DNA of 64,000 nucleotides from Octopus vulgaris (GCA_951406725.2 OX597831.1:40052001-40116000), one strand, 5' to 3'. Counted from the stretch's first letter, positions 1-13,408 are shown. Notes: generated by a model from the letters alone, not told the origin. Numbers and translations are program-made.

Positions 1-150
1 TACACTTTTGTAGAGTACAAATTTATTATTCTTAAACCAGAATAGTGTTGACAGTGCCTTGGAAGTTTTGGCCTGTTAGGTGATAATGGCTTAACTGGCA
101 GAAACTTTGAGGTTACTGTCAATAATATTTTTGTTTAAGAATAATAAATA
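1..150. mobile_element. Foldback/MITE-like element, partial; related copy at about 19850-20012
   Basis: Imperfect inverted arms ATTTATTATTCTTAAAC...GTTTAAGAATAATAAAT. The window start is the reverse complement of about 19980-20010. Confidence 0.6.
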
Positions 151-157
151 TGTTATA

Positions 158-328
158 GGCGTAGGAGAGGCTGTGTGGTAAGTGGCTTGCTTACGACCTA
201 CATGGTTCCGGGTTCAGTCCCGCTGCATGGCACCTTGGGCAAGTGTCTTCTACTATAGCCTCGGGCCAACCAAAGCCTTGTGAGTGGATTTGGTAAATGG
301 AAACTGAAAGAAGCCCATCGTATGTATG

Positions 329-383
<55 letters not shown>

Positions 384-592
384 GTATGTGTGTGTGTATA
401 TGTTTGTGTGTCTGTTTGTACCCTCTCCATCGTGCTTGACAACCGATGCTGGTGTGTTTACATCCCCGTAACTTAGCAGTTCGGCAAAAGAGACAGATAG
501 AATAAGTACTAGGCTTACAAAGAATAAGTCCTGGGGTCTACTAAAGGCAGTGCTCCAGCATGGCCGCAGTCAAATGACTGAAACAAGTAAAG
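158..592 (+). mobile_element. tRNA-derived SINE, family A, with internal (TA)n/(TG)n microsatellite
   Basis: A-box-like TGGCTGTGTGG, B-box-like GGTTCAGTCCC, CORE-like CCTTGGGCAAGTGTCT, tail GGCAGTGCTCCAGCATGGCCGCAGTCAAATGACTGAAAC. More than 10 copies or fragments in the window. Confidence 0.85.
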
Positions 593-1399
593 GAGTATAT
601 ATCCATTTTTCTTCACACAAATTCTTTACTCACAGCCTCCCTCTAAAATTCCAAAATTTCTCTCCTTCCCTCTCTCTCCCGCCTTCCCACCAACTCCGCT
701 ATCACAAGTCCCTCTACATCAAAGTATTCCGACACATTCACAATTTTACCATTAATTCACTTCTGTCAACCAACATATCTGCTGTCTCTTGAAAGTCTGG
801 AAACAAACAAGTTTTAAAAAAAACAAAAAAAAAAAAGACGACACAAAACAAAAAAAAAAGGAAACTTTTTTTTATTCTTTTCTTTTTACTTTTGGTAGTG
901 CCAAGTCTCTTTTGTCAATTCTTTCTTGTAGCAAAAGACACCTTTCAGTTGTAAGGAGACAGTAAATATTCCAGTACTTTTGGAAGAGCAAATGACATTC
1001 TTATTTCATTTCGGTGCCACTTCAATTGATGGCTCACACCTTCGTCAGCAACTGACGGCATTTAAAGTAAAGTTGTGGAACAGGGTGGCAATCGAAGCAC
1101 GTCATACCTGCAAATTCAATTTCTGCTTCTTATTCATCTTATCTTCGCGTTCATCATTATGTGTTGCACTTCTTTCGTTGGTCTGTAATGTTTTATGCAA
1201 GCTGATACTATATACGTACATGTGTGTGTGTGCGCGTGTGTGTGTGTGTGTGAGTGTGTGCATGCATGTGTTTATATTCATATGCACATATATATATATA
1301 TGGGTGTGTGTGTGTTTATATATGTATGTGTATGCATTTATTTATCTACATCTATATGCACATAAGTATGCTTATGTAGATGTGTATATGTGTGAATGT

Positions 1400-1447
<48 letters not shown>

Positions 1448-1708
1448 GCATATTTGCTTTATGTAGGTATATGCAAGTATGTATATGTGTGTGAGTGTGC
1501 ATATATGGAGAGTTAGATGTATATGTTGGTGTATGCAGGTGTAAATGTATGTGTTTATGTGTGAGTATGTGTCATCAAGTGTATTGCCAGTGTATGTGTG
1601 ATTCTGCATTCTTGAATAAAATTAGAATTTGTGAGTGATTTATGTTCTGCTGCATAGCATTTTTAATAGTGTGTGTGTGTATACACATGCACATTAAGTC
1701 ATTTAAGG

Positions 1709-1749
<41 letters not shown>

Positions 1750-1751
<2 letters not shown>

Positions 1752-2135
1752 CTCAGGAGTGGCTGTGTGGTAAGTAGCTTGTTTATCAACCACATGGTTC
1801 TGGGTTCCGTCCTACTGCGTGACACCTTGGGCATGTATCTTCTACTATAGCCTCAGGCCAAGCAAAGCCTTGTGAGTGGATTAGACAGAAACGGAAAGCT
1901 GCATGTCATATATATATATGTATATGTGTGTGCGCGCTCGTGTGTATGTGTGTTCCCCCACCATTGCTTCACAACTGATGTTGGTGTGTTTACATCCTCG
2001 TAACTTAGCAGTTTGGCAAAAGAAACTAATAGAATAAGTACTAGACTTACAAAGAATAAGTCCTGGGGTTGATTTGTTCAACTAAACGCGGTACATCAGC
2101 ATGGCCACAGTCAAATTACTGAAACAAACAAAAGA
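1750..2135 (+). mobile_element. SINE family A copy
   Basis: Colinear with 158-592. Confidence 0.85.
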
Positions 2136-2214
2136 ATATATATATATGTGTGTGTGTGTGTATATATAAATATATATATATATCATCATCATCATCATCG
2201 TCGTTTAACGTCCG

Positions 2215-2252
<38 letters not shown>

Positions 2253-2654
2253 AAAAATGGAATGAAAATGGAATAGAGGACAATAAAACATTCGGACAGA
2301 TAGATGATACAAGGCGGACAAGAGAAACAACAATTAGAAGACAGGCGAAAAAAGACAGGTCATTCGTGCCCTTCTTTCTTCAGTCAAGTACCAGAAGTCA
2401 CAATCGTTTCGGGCAGTTACACTTGAGACAGTGCGATCTGGTTGCCCCCCTAAAAAGTCTAAGCTAAGTGCATTAGACCTCTTTGTAAGAAAGCTAGCAA
2501 ATGTGTACGGCAACTAAGACAAAAAATGGAGAATATGGTAGACAAAAAAAATGGAAAACCTGGTAGACGGTTATGAATACAAACAAGAAAATGTATGTCC
2601 ATGGACACATACATACATGCAAGATAGATAAACAAATAGATTGAGAGATAGATA

Positions 2655-2965
2655 GCATGACTTAGTGATTGCGGTATTCAGCTTGTGATTGCAAGGTCCT
2701 GAGTTCAATACCCAGTGATGCATTGTGTCTTGAGCAAGACTCTTTATTTCATATTGCTCCCGCCCACTCAGCTGGTAAAAGTATTACCTGTATTTCAAAG
2801 GGGCCAGCCTTGTCACTCTCTGTGTCACGCTGAATCTCCCTGAGAAGTACGTTAAGGGTACACGTGTCTGTGGAGTGCTCAGCCACTTGCACGTTAATTT
2901 CACGAGCAGGCTGTTTCATTGATCGGATCAACTGGAACACTCATTGTTGTAACCAATGGTGTGCC
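2655..2965 (+). mobile_element. tRNA/CORE-type SINE, family D1
   Basis: tRNA-like head and CORE-like TGTCTTGAGCAAGAC. The 3' half is shared with 59614-59941 and 57087-57473. Confidence 0.75.
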
Positions 2966-3084
2966 GGTTAATTAGTTACATAGACAGATAGATAGAGGTA
3001 TAAATGGAAGTATAGGTAGAGATAGATAAGTTGATATGAGAGAGAATAGGTTGAGGATCATTTTCTATCCATATTTTATATATA

Positions 3085-3938
3085 CAGGGTGGGGGAAAAG
3101 TAAGTAGGCATTAAAAGTTGGCTATAAAATCCATATTCCTTTTACAAATTTATTGAAGCAAATGAATACGTTCTTTATTACATGGGAAAATGAAAGTAAG
3201 TCTTCATATTTCAATGTAAGCACCAGTGGCGTCAACCAGTTTCTTCAAATGGCCACGGATGGAATGAACAACTTTCTGAAGGACGGTGTCAGGGATATCA
3301 TTGAGAAGCTCCTGAATCCGTGTCACCAAGTCCTCTAGTGTGCAAGGTTTTGTCTTTTACTCCTTCTCTTTTGTGTAACTCCACAGGTAAAAATCACATG
3401 GAGCAAGATCTGGACTTCTGGACTACTGTGATCAGTCTTCAAGGTTTTAGATCCTACACATAATGGGGTTTCCACAGACAAAATTTCATTTCTTTATGCA
3501 ACGCCATATGTATTGTGTGTCTTGTTAGTCCATTTTCACAAGCTGCTTGACATGTTGATCTTTGCAGGCTGCGATTAAACATTTCCTGCACTGTTGCTAC
3601 ATTCTCTACTGATCAGGAAGTGGTTGAATGGCCACTTCTTTATCCATCATTTATAGAGCCCGTGATCATCAGCTCTGCATGACAACTTTTTATTTCACCA
3701 TAGTGTTGCCTGCTTACCTTTCCATGTACGCCACCATCTCTGAGCCAAAACAATGGAATTCCGCACTACATAGCGAGCTGCTATCTTAGCCCGTTCCTAA
3801 ACAGTCAAGCAACTGGCCATCTGGTAAATAAGTAAATAACAAATCCCCATTAGTGTTGTCTGTCTAAAAAATGTTTTCATCATGACTTCAGTGATACTAA
3901 AATTTCTATAAGCAATTTCAAATGTCTTCTTACTTACG
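3085..3938 (-). mobile_element. Degenerate Tc1/mariner-superfamily transposon
   Basis: TA|CAGGGTG terminus. Minus strand 3204-3422 reads RSPDLAPCDFYLWSYTKEKE*KTKPCTLEDLVTRIQELL...GAYIEI*, a transposase C-terminus. Partial matching TIR near 3901-3938. Confidence 0.75.
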
Positions 3939-3943
3939 TTTGA

Positions 3944-4024
3944 AGCTCTGATGAAGCTATAGGGTGATACTTAAGCATTCAACTATGAGTGCTTCGCATC
4001 TTACAGCAGAAACGGATGTAAGCT
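3944..4024 (+). ncRNA. Type I hammerhead-ribozyme-like motif (Penelope-like-element type)
   Basis: AGCT-CTGATGA-stem II-GAAAC-GGAT-GTA-AGCT. Same family as 13479-13559. Confidence 0.6.
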
Positions 4025-6892
4025 AATGAGATTAATAACATAATTGTTTACTCCCTTGTCACTCTAATTTCTTATATATATATATATATATATATATTTG
4101 CATGAAGAGCTATGGGCTGGAGTTAAAATATTCATTTGCTTATATAAACTTTGGGACTTATATATATAATTATTTATATATATACACACTGGTAAAATCC
4201 CTCTCTCTCTCTCTCTCGCACATGCACGTGCTTGTGCATGCGCGCACGCGCACACACTCCACTATTAATCATTAAATTAATTGCAGCCAGTGACATTTAT
4301 CAACTACAACAGAAGTTCATTAATTTATTAAATAAAAATGGAATTAACAAAGAACAGAAAGAGAGAGTTTTGTATGGAGTTTTTTTATGTGTGCTTCCTA
4401 ACTTTTCTTTCTAATTCTTTTTCCTTTGTGCCATATTTATGTCTACCCCAGGAGAATTGGAACCAAAATGTCCTCTTTCCAGGCCCATCCTTCTTACATT
4501 TAATTCCCAGTACTCCAGTATCTGGCAATGGTTCAATTGTAGCCAACATTTATTGAAGTTACCTGGTGTTACTGGCATTGCCTCTGTGTGACTCTTCGGT
4601 CTGCTAGAAGTAACAGTCAAATCACTTTCATTTCACACTCTTTTACTTTACTTGATCCCTTAGTTCCCAACAGATTATAAACTACTGATGACTTTTCTAC
4701 ACTGCTCTCAACTCTGGCTTATCTCCAATTGGATCCCTTCGTTTTTTAGCCCTGCCTCAGTATCCATCCTCTAGCTACTTATAGGGCAGCCTCTCTTCCA
4801 CCTCCCTTCTGAGTTCCAAGTTAGGACCTGACCTGTAATACAGGATGTTGGTTCCTTTCAGATTTTGCTGCACTGTTTGGCGCCTTACTGTACTCAAGAA
4901 GACCCATACACCTCAGTAGAAGCGATAGAGCTACCCCACATCTGGTGAAGATGATTGACTTGCAAGAGTTTTGTGCCAGTGCCTCATGAAAGCACTCATG
5001 CAGTGCCACATAAAAACATCCAGCTGTAGAAACCATGCCATATCAGACTGGAGCCTTGTGCAGCTCTCCAGCTTGCCAGCTATGGTCAAACTGTCCAACC
5101 CATGCCAGCATGGACAACAAACATTAAATGACAATTTTTCTTGTCTTCTCTGAGGGAAGACCTTTTTGTCTCAGTTCATATTGGTTTTGAATTGTCACCA
5201 TTGCTTCTATAACTTAGCTACAAACCCATTTTTACCTCTATGAAGAGATGATCCCTATTAGTCTAGCCTCTGCTCTTTAACCTGGCCTGTCCAGCATAAG
5301 AGACACTAGCTTGCACTCCACCGGCACAGCTTTCAAGGTCTTTGAGGCACACAAAGCCATCACACTGTAACAAAGACTGGACCTTGTAGTGGTATTTCAC
5401 ACTGTCATTTTAGAAAAGGGATAATGTTGGATAATGTGTTTCTGGGTTCCTTGTTTATTGCCCACTATTCATTTTAAGATGAGATGGTCACAGTTAGAAT
5501 GCCTTTAATCATAGATTTAGTCAAGCAGGCCTGGCCTGGAGCTAAACACTCAGTAAAACTACCTGGAATGAACTACTCACCTCTTGATCAACAGTTCCCA
5601 ACCATCTTTTACCTCTGGACCCCTTTGATTGATTCCTATTTTACTCAGGTAGGCCCTCATACTGTCCTGTTGTATCTTTAGAATTAAATATCATCAAGAT
5701 TTGTGTAAAAATAATTAGTGAAATATTTAGTGTATTATAGAAGTATAAGCCATTTATTGCACGTAAATTTTAACAAAAAAATCTTATTTGGACCCTTACC
5801 CCAGGGGTCATATGGCTCCTGCTAGACAGTCACTGTTCTTGATGGTCAAGGGGGGAGTGCTAGAAATATCAGCCAAATTTCTCTCATTTCATATGTCACC
5901 AACTTAGACATAGATATGTTGGATAATGTCGTAAGGCAGAAGTGGTGATGGTGGTAGTGATGGGCATGATGATGATGATTATCATGATAACGATAATTTA
6001 TATTTCGATGTTTAATGTATTCAAATTTTCCATTTCATATTCATTTGTTATTAATTTTCCGCTTTCCAGATGGGAAAAAAAAAAGAAAGAAATCTGATGA
6101 TATTCGAGAGAAATATTTTAATGTGTCAATTTTTTTTTTTTTTTTCAAATTTCACTTCCCCATACACACACACACACTTTCTTCTTCTTCGTCGTTGTCG
6201 TCGTCATGGCCGTTGATTCATTTCACAGACCGTTGACCATGCATTAACTAAGCTTTCAGAATAGTCCTCTGTTTTCATAAGAGAAAAGCTTATTAATACC
6301 TTTCTCTAGGAAAAAAAAAAAGACTGCATGTCATGCTATCATTTCATGTTACCTATTAACAAACCACCAAGAGAGCCACCAGGTGGTTACTCAATATGCT
6401 ATAGATAGCAGCCAAACCTCTCTCATATCACACCCTGCCACCTTAGAAGCAGAAAGAGCACTTTGGATAATGCAGTCGTAGGCCACCCCTAAAAGTAAGA
6501 TGGTCTCTATTTGAAATGTATTTGATCATAGGTTGGCTGAATCGGTGCCTAGCTGGAGCTAAACAACGATGGCAACACCATTAACTTCACCTGTTATTCA
6601 TCTAAGAGATTGAGTCCTTGAAAGAAATTAAGATATTGCCATTAGGAAATCTCTGAATGCCTAAGTAAATTATATAGATCGCATTAGGAAATATATGATT
6701 TTCCACTAGAAATATCAGGTTACCCTCAAGAGATGAGTGGGGGGGGGGGGCTTTTATAATGCAGTGAGCTGGCAGAAGCGTCAGCATGCCAGGCAAAATG
6801 CTTAGTGGAATTTCGTCTGTCTTTAAATTCCAAGTTCAAATTCTGCTTTCGTTGACTTTGCCTTTCATCTTTTTCGGAGTCGATTAAATACA

Positions 6893-7490
6893 CTGCGGTG
6901 TATATTTCGTTTGTCACTGTTATTTACGACATATTTCATCTCAGTTATGTTTGTATGAATAAACGAGTGTATCTGAAGCATGTTTACTTCATGGCACCAC
7001 CATAATCGTAGGCACATTTCTACTGCTTTTAGGGGTTTTTTCCTGTTTTTCAGCTACTATTTTCAGAATCCTCCCCTCCCCCCATTTTCTCGCAAATTAT
7101 TGTTTTTTTAAAAAAAAATTTGACAAAAAACCAGCTTTTCAGATAGGAGATTCCAGAAAATTGACAAAAATCGGAAACTTTTGCCCCTCTCCCTCCAATT
7201 TCTTCATTTTTCATTTTTTTCTGTAACTCTAACCCTAAAACCTCAACCCTAACTCTCTAACCCTAAGCCTAAACACACAAACGAAATATACACCGCCAAT
7301 AGTTGCTGATGACAAACAACAGCAGTAATTTTATTCAGCTGAATACACATCATTGATTGGTTGAAATTACCGAAATACAATAACTTTAACACGAAATAAC
7401 TTTGAAAATAGAAACTTTTCTCAGCAACAGTAAGAGTAAAAGATGTTTTATATGACACATTCTACCAGTGTCCGAAGTTTGAAAGTGTTT
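6893..7490. mobile_element. Helentron/HINE-like non-autonomous element
   Basis: 20 bp inverted repeat GCGGTGTATATTTCGTTTGT (~6895) and ACAAACGAAATATACACCGC (~7278), degenerate (TAACCC)n, short terminal hairpin GACAC..GTGTC. Confidence 0.4.
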
Positions 7491-7491
7491 A

Positions 7492-7887
7492 GAAGAAAGG
7501 CTGAGGACGCTCGACCTTTATTCTCTTGAAAAACGCCGCCGCCGTGGTGATCTCATTCTCGCCCACAACATCATAAGCGGGAAGTGTAACCTCTCGAAAG
7601 AGCTGTTCTTCACTCCTGCTCCGGAGCGTCGGCTGCGGGGTCATTCCGAAAAGCTCTACCTGCGACGATTTCATCTCAATCGAAGGAGAGGAGCTTTCTC
7701 CGTCCGGGTTGTGGATCCGTGGAACAAGCTGCCAGATGAGATGGTGAAGATGCTGACGACCGCTTTGTTCAAAGCCTCCCTGGACCTCAAGTGGCCTGAA
7801 CTCTTTACATGAACACCACCCTGTACTTAACTCCATGTCCCCCTACATGGCCTTGCTATTTGCTTTTGAGCCAAATTAACTAACTAA
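7492..7887 (+). mobile_element. 5'-truncated CR1-clade LINE (ORF2 C-terminus, 3' UTR, (CTAA)n tail)
   Basis: Reads EERLRTLDLYSLEKRRRRGDLILAHNIISG...RLRGHSEKL...FSVRVVDPWNKLP...FKASLD, stop at 7810-7812. Confidence 0.9.
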
Positions 7888-8705
7888 AAGATGAATTTCT
7901 TGATCTGCCATTGAAAGGGAAAAGATCCATATATATATAATATATGTGTTTGTGTCTGTGTTTGCCCCCACCCCCCATTACTGCTTGATAACTAGCGTTG
8001 ATGTGTTGACATCCCTGTAACTTAGTGATTCAACTAAAGACACCAATAGTATAAGTACTAGGCTTAAGAAATAAGTCCTACAGTTAAATTGTTCAACTAA
8101 AACCCTTCTAGACATTGCTCCAGCATTGCCACTGTCAAATGACTGAAACAAGGGAAAAAATTTTTTAAATGATTGTATACAACAGACTCTTTTTCACTCA
8201 CAATGTTTTGGTCAACCTGGCAACCAGGGGGCTTTGGTAGACAATACTTGCCCATGGTGCCATGCAGTGGGACTGAACTGGAGAAGGTATGGTTAGGGTG
8301 CATACTTCTTAGCTACTGAGCCACTGTTTGTGCCTCATATGTTCAGTCATTGTAATTTTTTTTCCTAATTCCACAGGAAATGAATATAAATTCTAAATTA
8401 CAAAATGGTAATAGTTATTAAATTAAAATTGTATCAAATTAGATAAATTTCTCATTTGTATAATTACAATAAATGTATCTTATCAATAACATTAATGCTG
8501 TTTAACCATCAATTAAGCACAAATGTAACTTTCCAGTTTATATAATTTCTATTGAAAGTATGTTCTCAGAGTTTCCTGTCATGAGGGAATATATACATAT
8601 TAGTTTGTATACAGGAAGCACAAGAGATAAATCCAATAAGATAAGGGTTACCTCCCTTTGGAGAAAGGACAGAGAGAGTGTGTGTGTGTGTTAGAGATTA
8701 GCATT

Positions 8706-9164
8706 AAATTCGATGACTGGCATCCATGCTAGTGGAGCTCTAAGAGCACCATCCGAGTGTGATCGTTGCCAGAGCAGGTAATTGGATTCTGTGCCAGTGG
8801 CACGTAAAAAGCACCATTCGAGCGTGATCATTACCAGCGTCGCCTTACTGGCACTTGTGACGGTGGCATGTGAAAAAACATTCGAGTGAGGTCGTTGCCA
8901 GTTCTGCTGGACTGGCACCTGTGCAGGTAGCATGTAAAAAGCACCATTTGAGCGTGGCTGTTGCCAGTACCGCCTGACTGGCCCTCGTGCCAGTGGCACG
9001 TAAAAGTACCCACTACACTCTTGGAGTGGTTGGCGTTAGGAAGGGCATCCAGCTGTAGAAACTCTGCCAGATCAGATTGGAGCCTGGTGCAGCAATCTGG
9101 TTCGCCAGCCCTCAGTCAAATCGTCCAGCCCATGCTAGCATGGAAAGCGGACGTTTAATGATGA
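8706..9164 (+). mobile_element. RTE-LINE 3' UTR element (family C) with ~65 bp internal tandem units
   Basis: Same sequence as the part downstream of the RTE ORF end in 16334-16970. Ends GGACGTTTAATGATGA. Confidence 0.75.
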
Positions 9165-9729
9165 TTAGCATTTAAACTGGCCATGTCAGACCTCTCACAC
9201 CTACTCTACAATGTCATTCTAAAAATTCTAAAAACACATCAGTGAGACCTTGATGTTCCATGATAATGCATGATTAATTCAAAACTATGTGAATAAATGG
9301 TTTGGCAGTACATTGGACAAAGAAATCTGAATTCTCATGGGTTAATATGTGATAACATTAATATCTACTAAGTTACTAATGATATTCATGGCCAGGAGCA
9401 TCGGTCATTGTGTTAAATTTATAATTAACTAGGCTCCTAGTTCAAATCCACCCTGGAACTACATACACATTCAGGATTAAGATATACTGTTGGTGACACT
9501 TGGGGGTTTGGCCAAGACATAATCTTTGGATCTTGCTTGATATTATGATAAGGAAAAAAAAAATTGCTTAATTTCTAGATATGAGACTCCACACTTTGAG
9601 AAATTTTATTGTTATTAGTTTTTTGTTTCTCCTTTTGGTCTTTATTCACATTTATAGAATTATTGAATATTCGTCTTCCTTTCATGTGTTATTGTTCTAA
9701 TTTTTTTCTTTGAATTTCTTTACTTCTAG

Positions 9730-9810
9730 TCTGCTGATCTGTCTGTATTTGAAACCAATATCCGCTTCCTTGGCGGCTTCCTCTCAGCCTATGCTCTAAC
9801 TGGCGATAAG
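9730..9810 (+). CDS. MAN1A: Internal coding exon (81 nt, phase 0/0) of a Golgi mannosyl-oligosaccharide alpha-1,2-mannosidase (GH47, MAN1A/MAN1C-like)
   Basis: Polypyrimidine tract and TTCTAG acceptor, then SADLSVFETNIRFLGGFLSAYALTGDK, then AAG|GTAAGC donor. Matches the GH47 motif SVFExNIRFxGGLLSAY, which carries the catalytic Glu. Confidence 0.96.
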
Positions 9811-10157
9811 GTAAGCATTCTCTCTTATCTCTGTTACTGATACTAATGTCGCTATTATCCTACATTTCTATTGATTTTTTTTTTCCTTATTCTTCTGTCG
9901 AAGAAAATAATGGACGAACTGGTTTTATATGATATGCAGAAAGAATGGTTTGGCTGTTGAAGTTCTGTACGTTTAACTCAGTAAATTCTACTTGGCACTT
10001 GCAGCAGGCAGCCAAATTTTTTTTTTTTTTTTCTTTTTTTTCACAGATTAGCATTCAGACCGTGTTACTGACCTATAGATTGGGAAAACCTATCACTCAC
10101 TAGCTGACAACCTGGTTAATTCTCCTACAAATGGTAGGTTGACAACCAATGATATTG

Positions 10158-10505
10158 ACTGACAGACAAACCCTGTCACTAACAAATAAAAAATTTCTGC
10201 TGGAGTATAGACTCATACACTGAGAGACAAACCTCTTGCTGGAATTAAAACCCTTTCACTGACAGACAAACTCTTCTGCCAGAATAAAGACCCTCCCACT
10301 GACAGGCAAACCCTTCTGCGAGAATAAAAACCCTCCCACTGACAGACAATACTTTCTGACAGAATAAAGACCCACTGGCAGACAAACCCTTCTGCTCGAA
10401 TAAAAGTCCTCTCAGTGACAGACAAATCCTTCTGCTGGAAAAATCCTCTCCAACTGACAGACAAACCCTTCTGCCAGAATAAAGACCCTCCCACTGATAA
10501 ACCTT
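10158..10505. repeat. Minisatellite, ~40 bp unit, about 8 copies
   Basis: Unit ACTGACAGACAAACCCTTCTGCCAGAATAAAGACCCTCCC, head-to-tail, no spacers. Confidence 0.9.
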
Positions 10506-11558
10506 GTTTATGATAGACATTTATCAACTTAGCTGATATAAAATATCTTTATAACAGAATATCAAATGAATACGTATTTTGGTGGTGTATTTCCCAGGAA
10601 AGTGGTTTACTCTGAGAGCTTGGAAGATGTATTATAACCATTTAAAAATACACAAAGACTGTTAACTTCACTTAAACACTTATTATTTTGGACTTTTCGT
10701 CGCACCAACTTCAACTTGATTCCTTTGATGCTGTAGAATCCCATCAAGGACCAGGTACAAATGTAGTAACAGGGGTGTTAATTAAAAAAAAAAACAGTGA
10801 AAAATCTCAAAGCTTGCTTGAATTTTGAGGCATATATGTACATATATTCTGGGGTCAGAAGGGCAGTTTTGTTCCACCTTGCTGAAATTCTCTTGTAGAA
10901 CCTCCCTGCCATCTTACAAGTAGTTGGTAGCATCCATGCTATATCCTTGTTGTTAGTATCCCAGCTTGGCCTCAGTCCAGTGACTCTGTGACCAGTAATA
11001 GAATCTTTCTCGGACACAAGACAGCAATTTTAAGGGGAGAAGTAAGTCGATTATATTAACCCAAGTATTTGACTGGTACTTCTATCAACCGTGAAAGGAT
11101 GAGAGGCAACATCAACCTTAGTGCAGTTTGAACTCAGAACACGAAGACGGACAAAGTACTACCAAGCATGCTAATGATTCTGCCAGGTTACCTCCTTAGT
11201 AACAGAATTATAATGATTACTAAGGCGGCGAGCTGGCAGAAACGTCTAGCACGCCGACAGCTGGGAACGCGCCGAGCGAAATGCGTAGCTGTATTTCGTC
11301 TGCCGTTACGTTCGGAGTTCAATTCCGCCGAGGTCGACAAAGATACAAATTCCATTGATGTTCATCTATTTTGATTTGTTTTGATTTTGATTTTGATTTT
11401 GATTTTTATATATATACATACACATACATATATGTGAATGAAGAAATAAAAAATAGAAGCACTCAATAGAATTGTTGTTTTAATCCGTTTGTCTGTCTTT
11501 GTTTATCCCCTCTGTGTTTAGCCCCTTGTGGGTAGTAAAGAAATATATAATGATTACT

Positions 11559-11885
11559 AAGGCATATGGTTCAGTGGTTAGTGTTGGGCTTACAGTCATG
11601 AAGAGGTGAGTTCAATTTCTGGACTGGGCTGTGTGTTATGTTCTTAAGCAAGACACTTTATTTCCTGTTGCTCCAGTTCATTCAGTTGTAGAAATGAGTT
11701 GCAACGTCACTAGTGTCAAGATGTATCAACCTTTGCCAACATCGGTGGTACGGAGAGGAGAGGCTGGTATGCATGGGCGACTGCTGATCTTCCATAAACA
11801 GCCTTGCCCAGACTTGTGCCTCAGAAGGTAACTTTCTAGGTGCAATCCTCCTGGTCATGGTCATTCTTGACCGAAAGGGGTCTTT
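11559..11885 (+). mobile_element. tRNA/CORE-type SINE, family D2
   Basis: Head TGGTTCAGTGGTTAG..GAGTTCAAT, CORE-like GCAAGACACTTTATTTC. Same family as 20295-20633. Confidence 0.75.
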
Positions 11886-12564
11886 ACCTTTTTACTTCAC
11901 ATGCTTTGTCGCTTCTCTCTGAAGTTTATACAACCTACTTTACCATCTTCAGTTGTATTTCTCAAGCCAGTCTCACCTCTTACTTTCCAATAACTCTTCT
12001 GGTGTTAAGATTATACAAAATCTTTTTCTTCCTCGTCTTCACTGACACCCAGAGCACCTCCCCCAGCGCTGTGCCACCTCTTCCCTCTTCACTGATCTTC
12101 TGTAGAAATACATTTGCTTCCGGCGCTTTGGCATTAACTCAAGATGGCTGTAGGAGCAGTTGTTTTATGAACTTCATTTCTTTCTCTGTTTCAACACGTT
12201 CAAAAATATACACACAACAACTATAGGTGCACTCTTATCTCTGTGTATATGAAGAGTGTGTATGTGTTAAGTGTGTGTGTGTATATACAGACAGACACAC
12301 ACACACATGTATACATACATATGCACATTTGCAAACATGTACAATGCATGTATTTTTGTTTTTGTGTGTGTATGTGTATGTATGAGTGTACAGCAGAGTT
12401 TATGGTAGAACGTATATTTCTTTACACCTATTTCAACTACATGGGTGACCAGTCATACATCATGTCTACAGACATGAATGGTAATGACAATTTAGTCACA
12501 TATATGTGTATGTATCTATGTATACAGTCATGCATCTATGTATACATGACTGTGTATATATATC

Positions 12565-12985
12565 TCATCATCATTGTTTAACGTTCGTTTTTTCCATGCT
12601 GGCTCCAGTCAAACCGTCCATGGGTTGGACGGTTTGACTGAGGTCAGGAGAGCCAGCGGCTACACCAGGCTCCAATCTGATCTGGCAGTGTTTCTACAGC
12701 TGGATGCCTTTCCTAATGCCACCCACTCCAAGAGTGTAGTGGGTGTTTTTTACACGTGCCTCCAGCACGGGTGCCAGTCAGGCAGGCCTGGCATCGATTA
12801 CTTTTGGATGGTGCTTTTTACATGCCGCCAGCACAAGAGCCAGTCAGTGGGTACTGGCACTGGTGACAATCAGCTGGTGCTTTTTATGTGCCACCAGCAT
12901 GAGAGCCAGTCAGGCAGACCTGACATCAACTAAATTTGGATGGTACTTTTCATGTGCCACTGGCATAGGGACCAGTCAGGGGGCC
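12565..12985 (-). mobile_element. RTE 3' UTR element (family C)
   Basis: Reverse complement of the 8706-9164 type, with (CAT)n tail. Confidence 0.75.
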
Positions 12986-13408
12986 ACACATTGTCTCCAC
13001 ACTATCCATTTGTAATAACAAAATATGAACCCCTATCAGTATCTACTTACCATGGACAAGAAGCATTTCTACCCATTCTACACAGCACTTTCCTTGGATA
13101 ATGGAACTGCAGCTGTAACATCCTACATATAATTTTACTTTTATTTTTATTCTCTTATTTCTCTTTATACTTCCTATATCCATCCTTTTCCAAAATAACT
13201 TCTTATATTGAACTCTATTTCTTTCTAATTAACTCTCATATTGTCTATGATGAAAGTATATATCCCAGAAACAGCTGTAAGGCTACCTTTCTCTTTATAA
13301 ATGTCCTATAAATTCCACACAGCCTTGGCTTTGTTGTCTCATTTTATTTAACATATATAAACACACAAGTCAGATGGAATTTGTTGAGATATATATATAT
13401 ATGAGAGA

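Noticed and set aside
1010-1040. FGATSIDG as the upstream GH47 exon (GATIVDxLDTL)
   Set aside because: It lacks the LDTL motif and suitable splice sites, so it is a chance resemblance.
2365-2440. Additional hammerhead on the minus strand (CUGAAGA and GAAAC)
   Set aside because: The core elements are not in a workable order and the stems do not pair convincingly.
7225-7275. Interstitial telomere (TAACCC)n
   Set aside because: Short and degenerate, and it lies inside a Helentron-like element, where such repeats are common.
10158-10505. CRISPR-like array
   Set aside because: The units are contiguous with no unique spacers, there are no cas genes, and the context is a eukaryotic intron.
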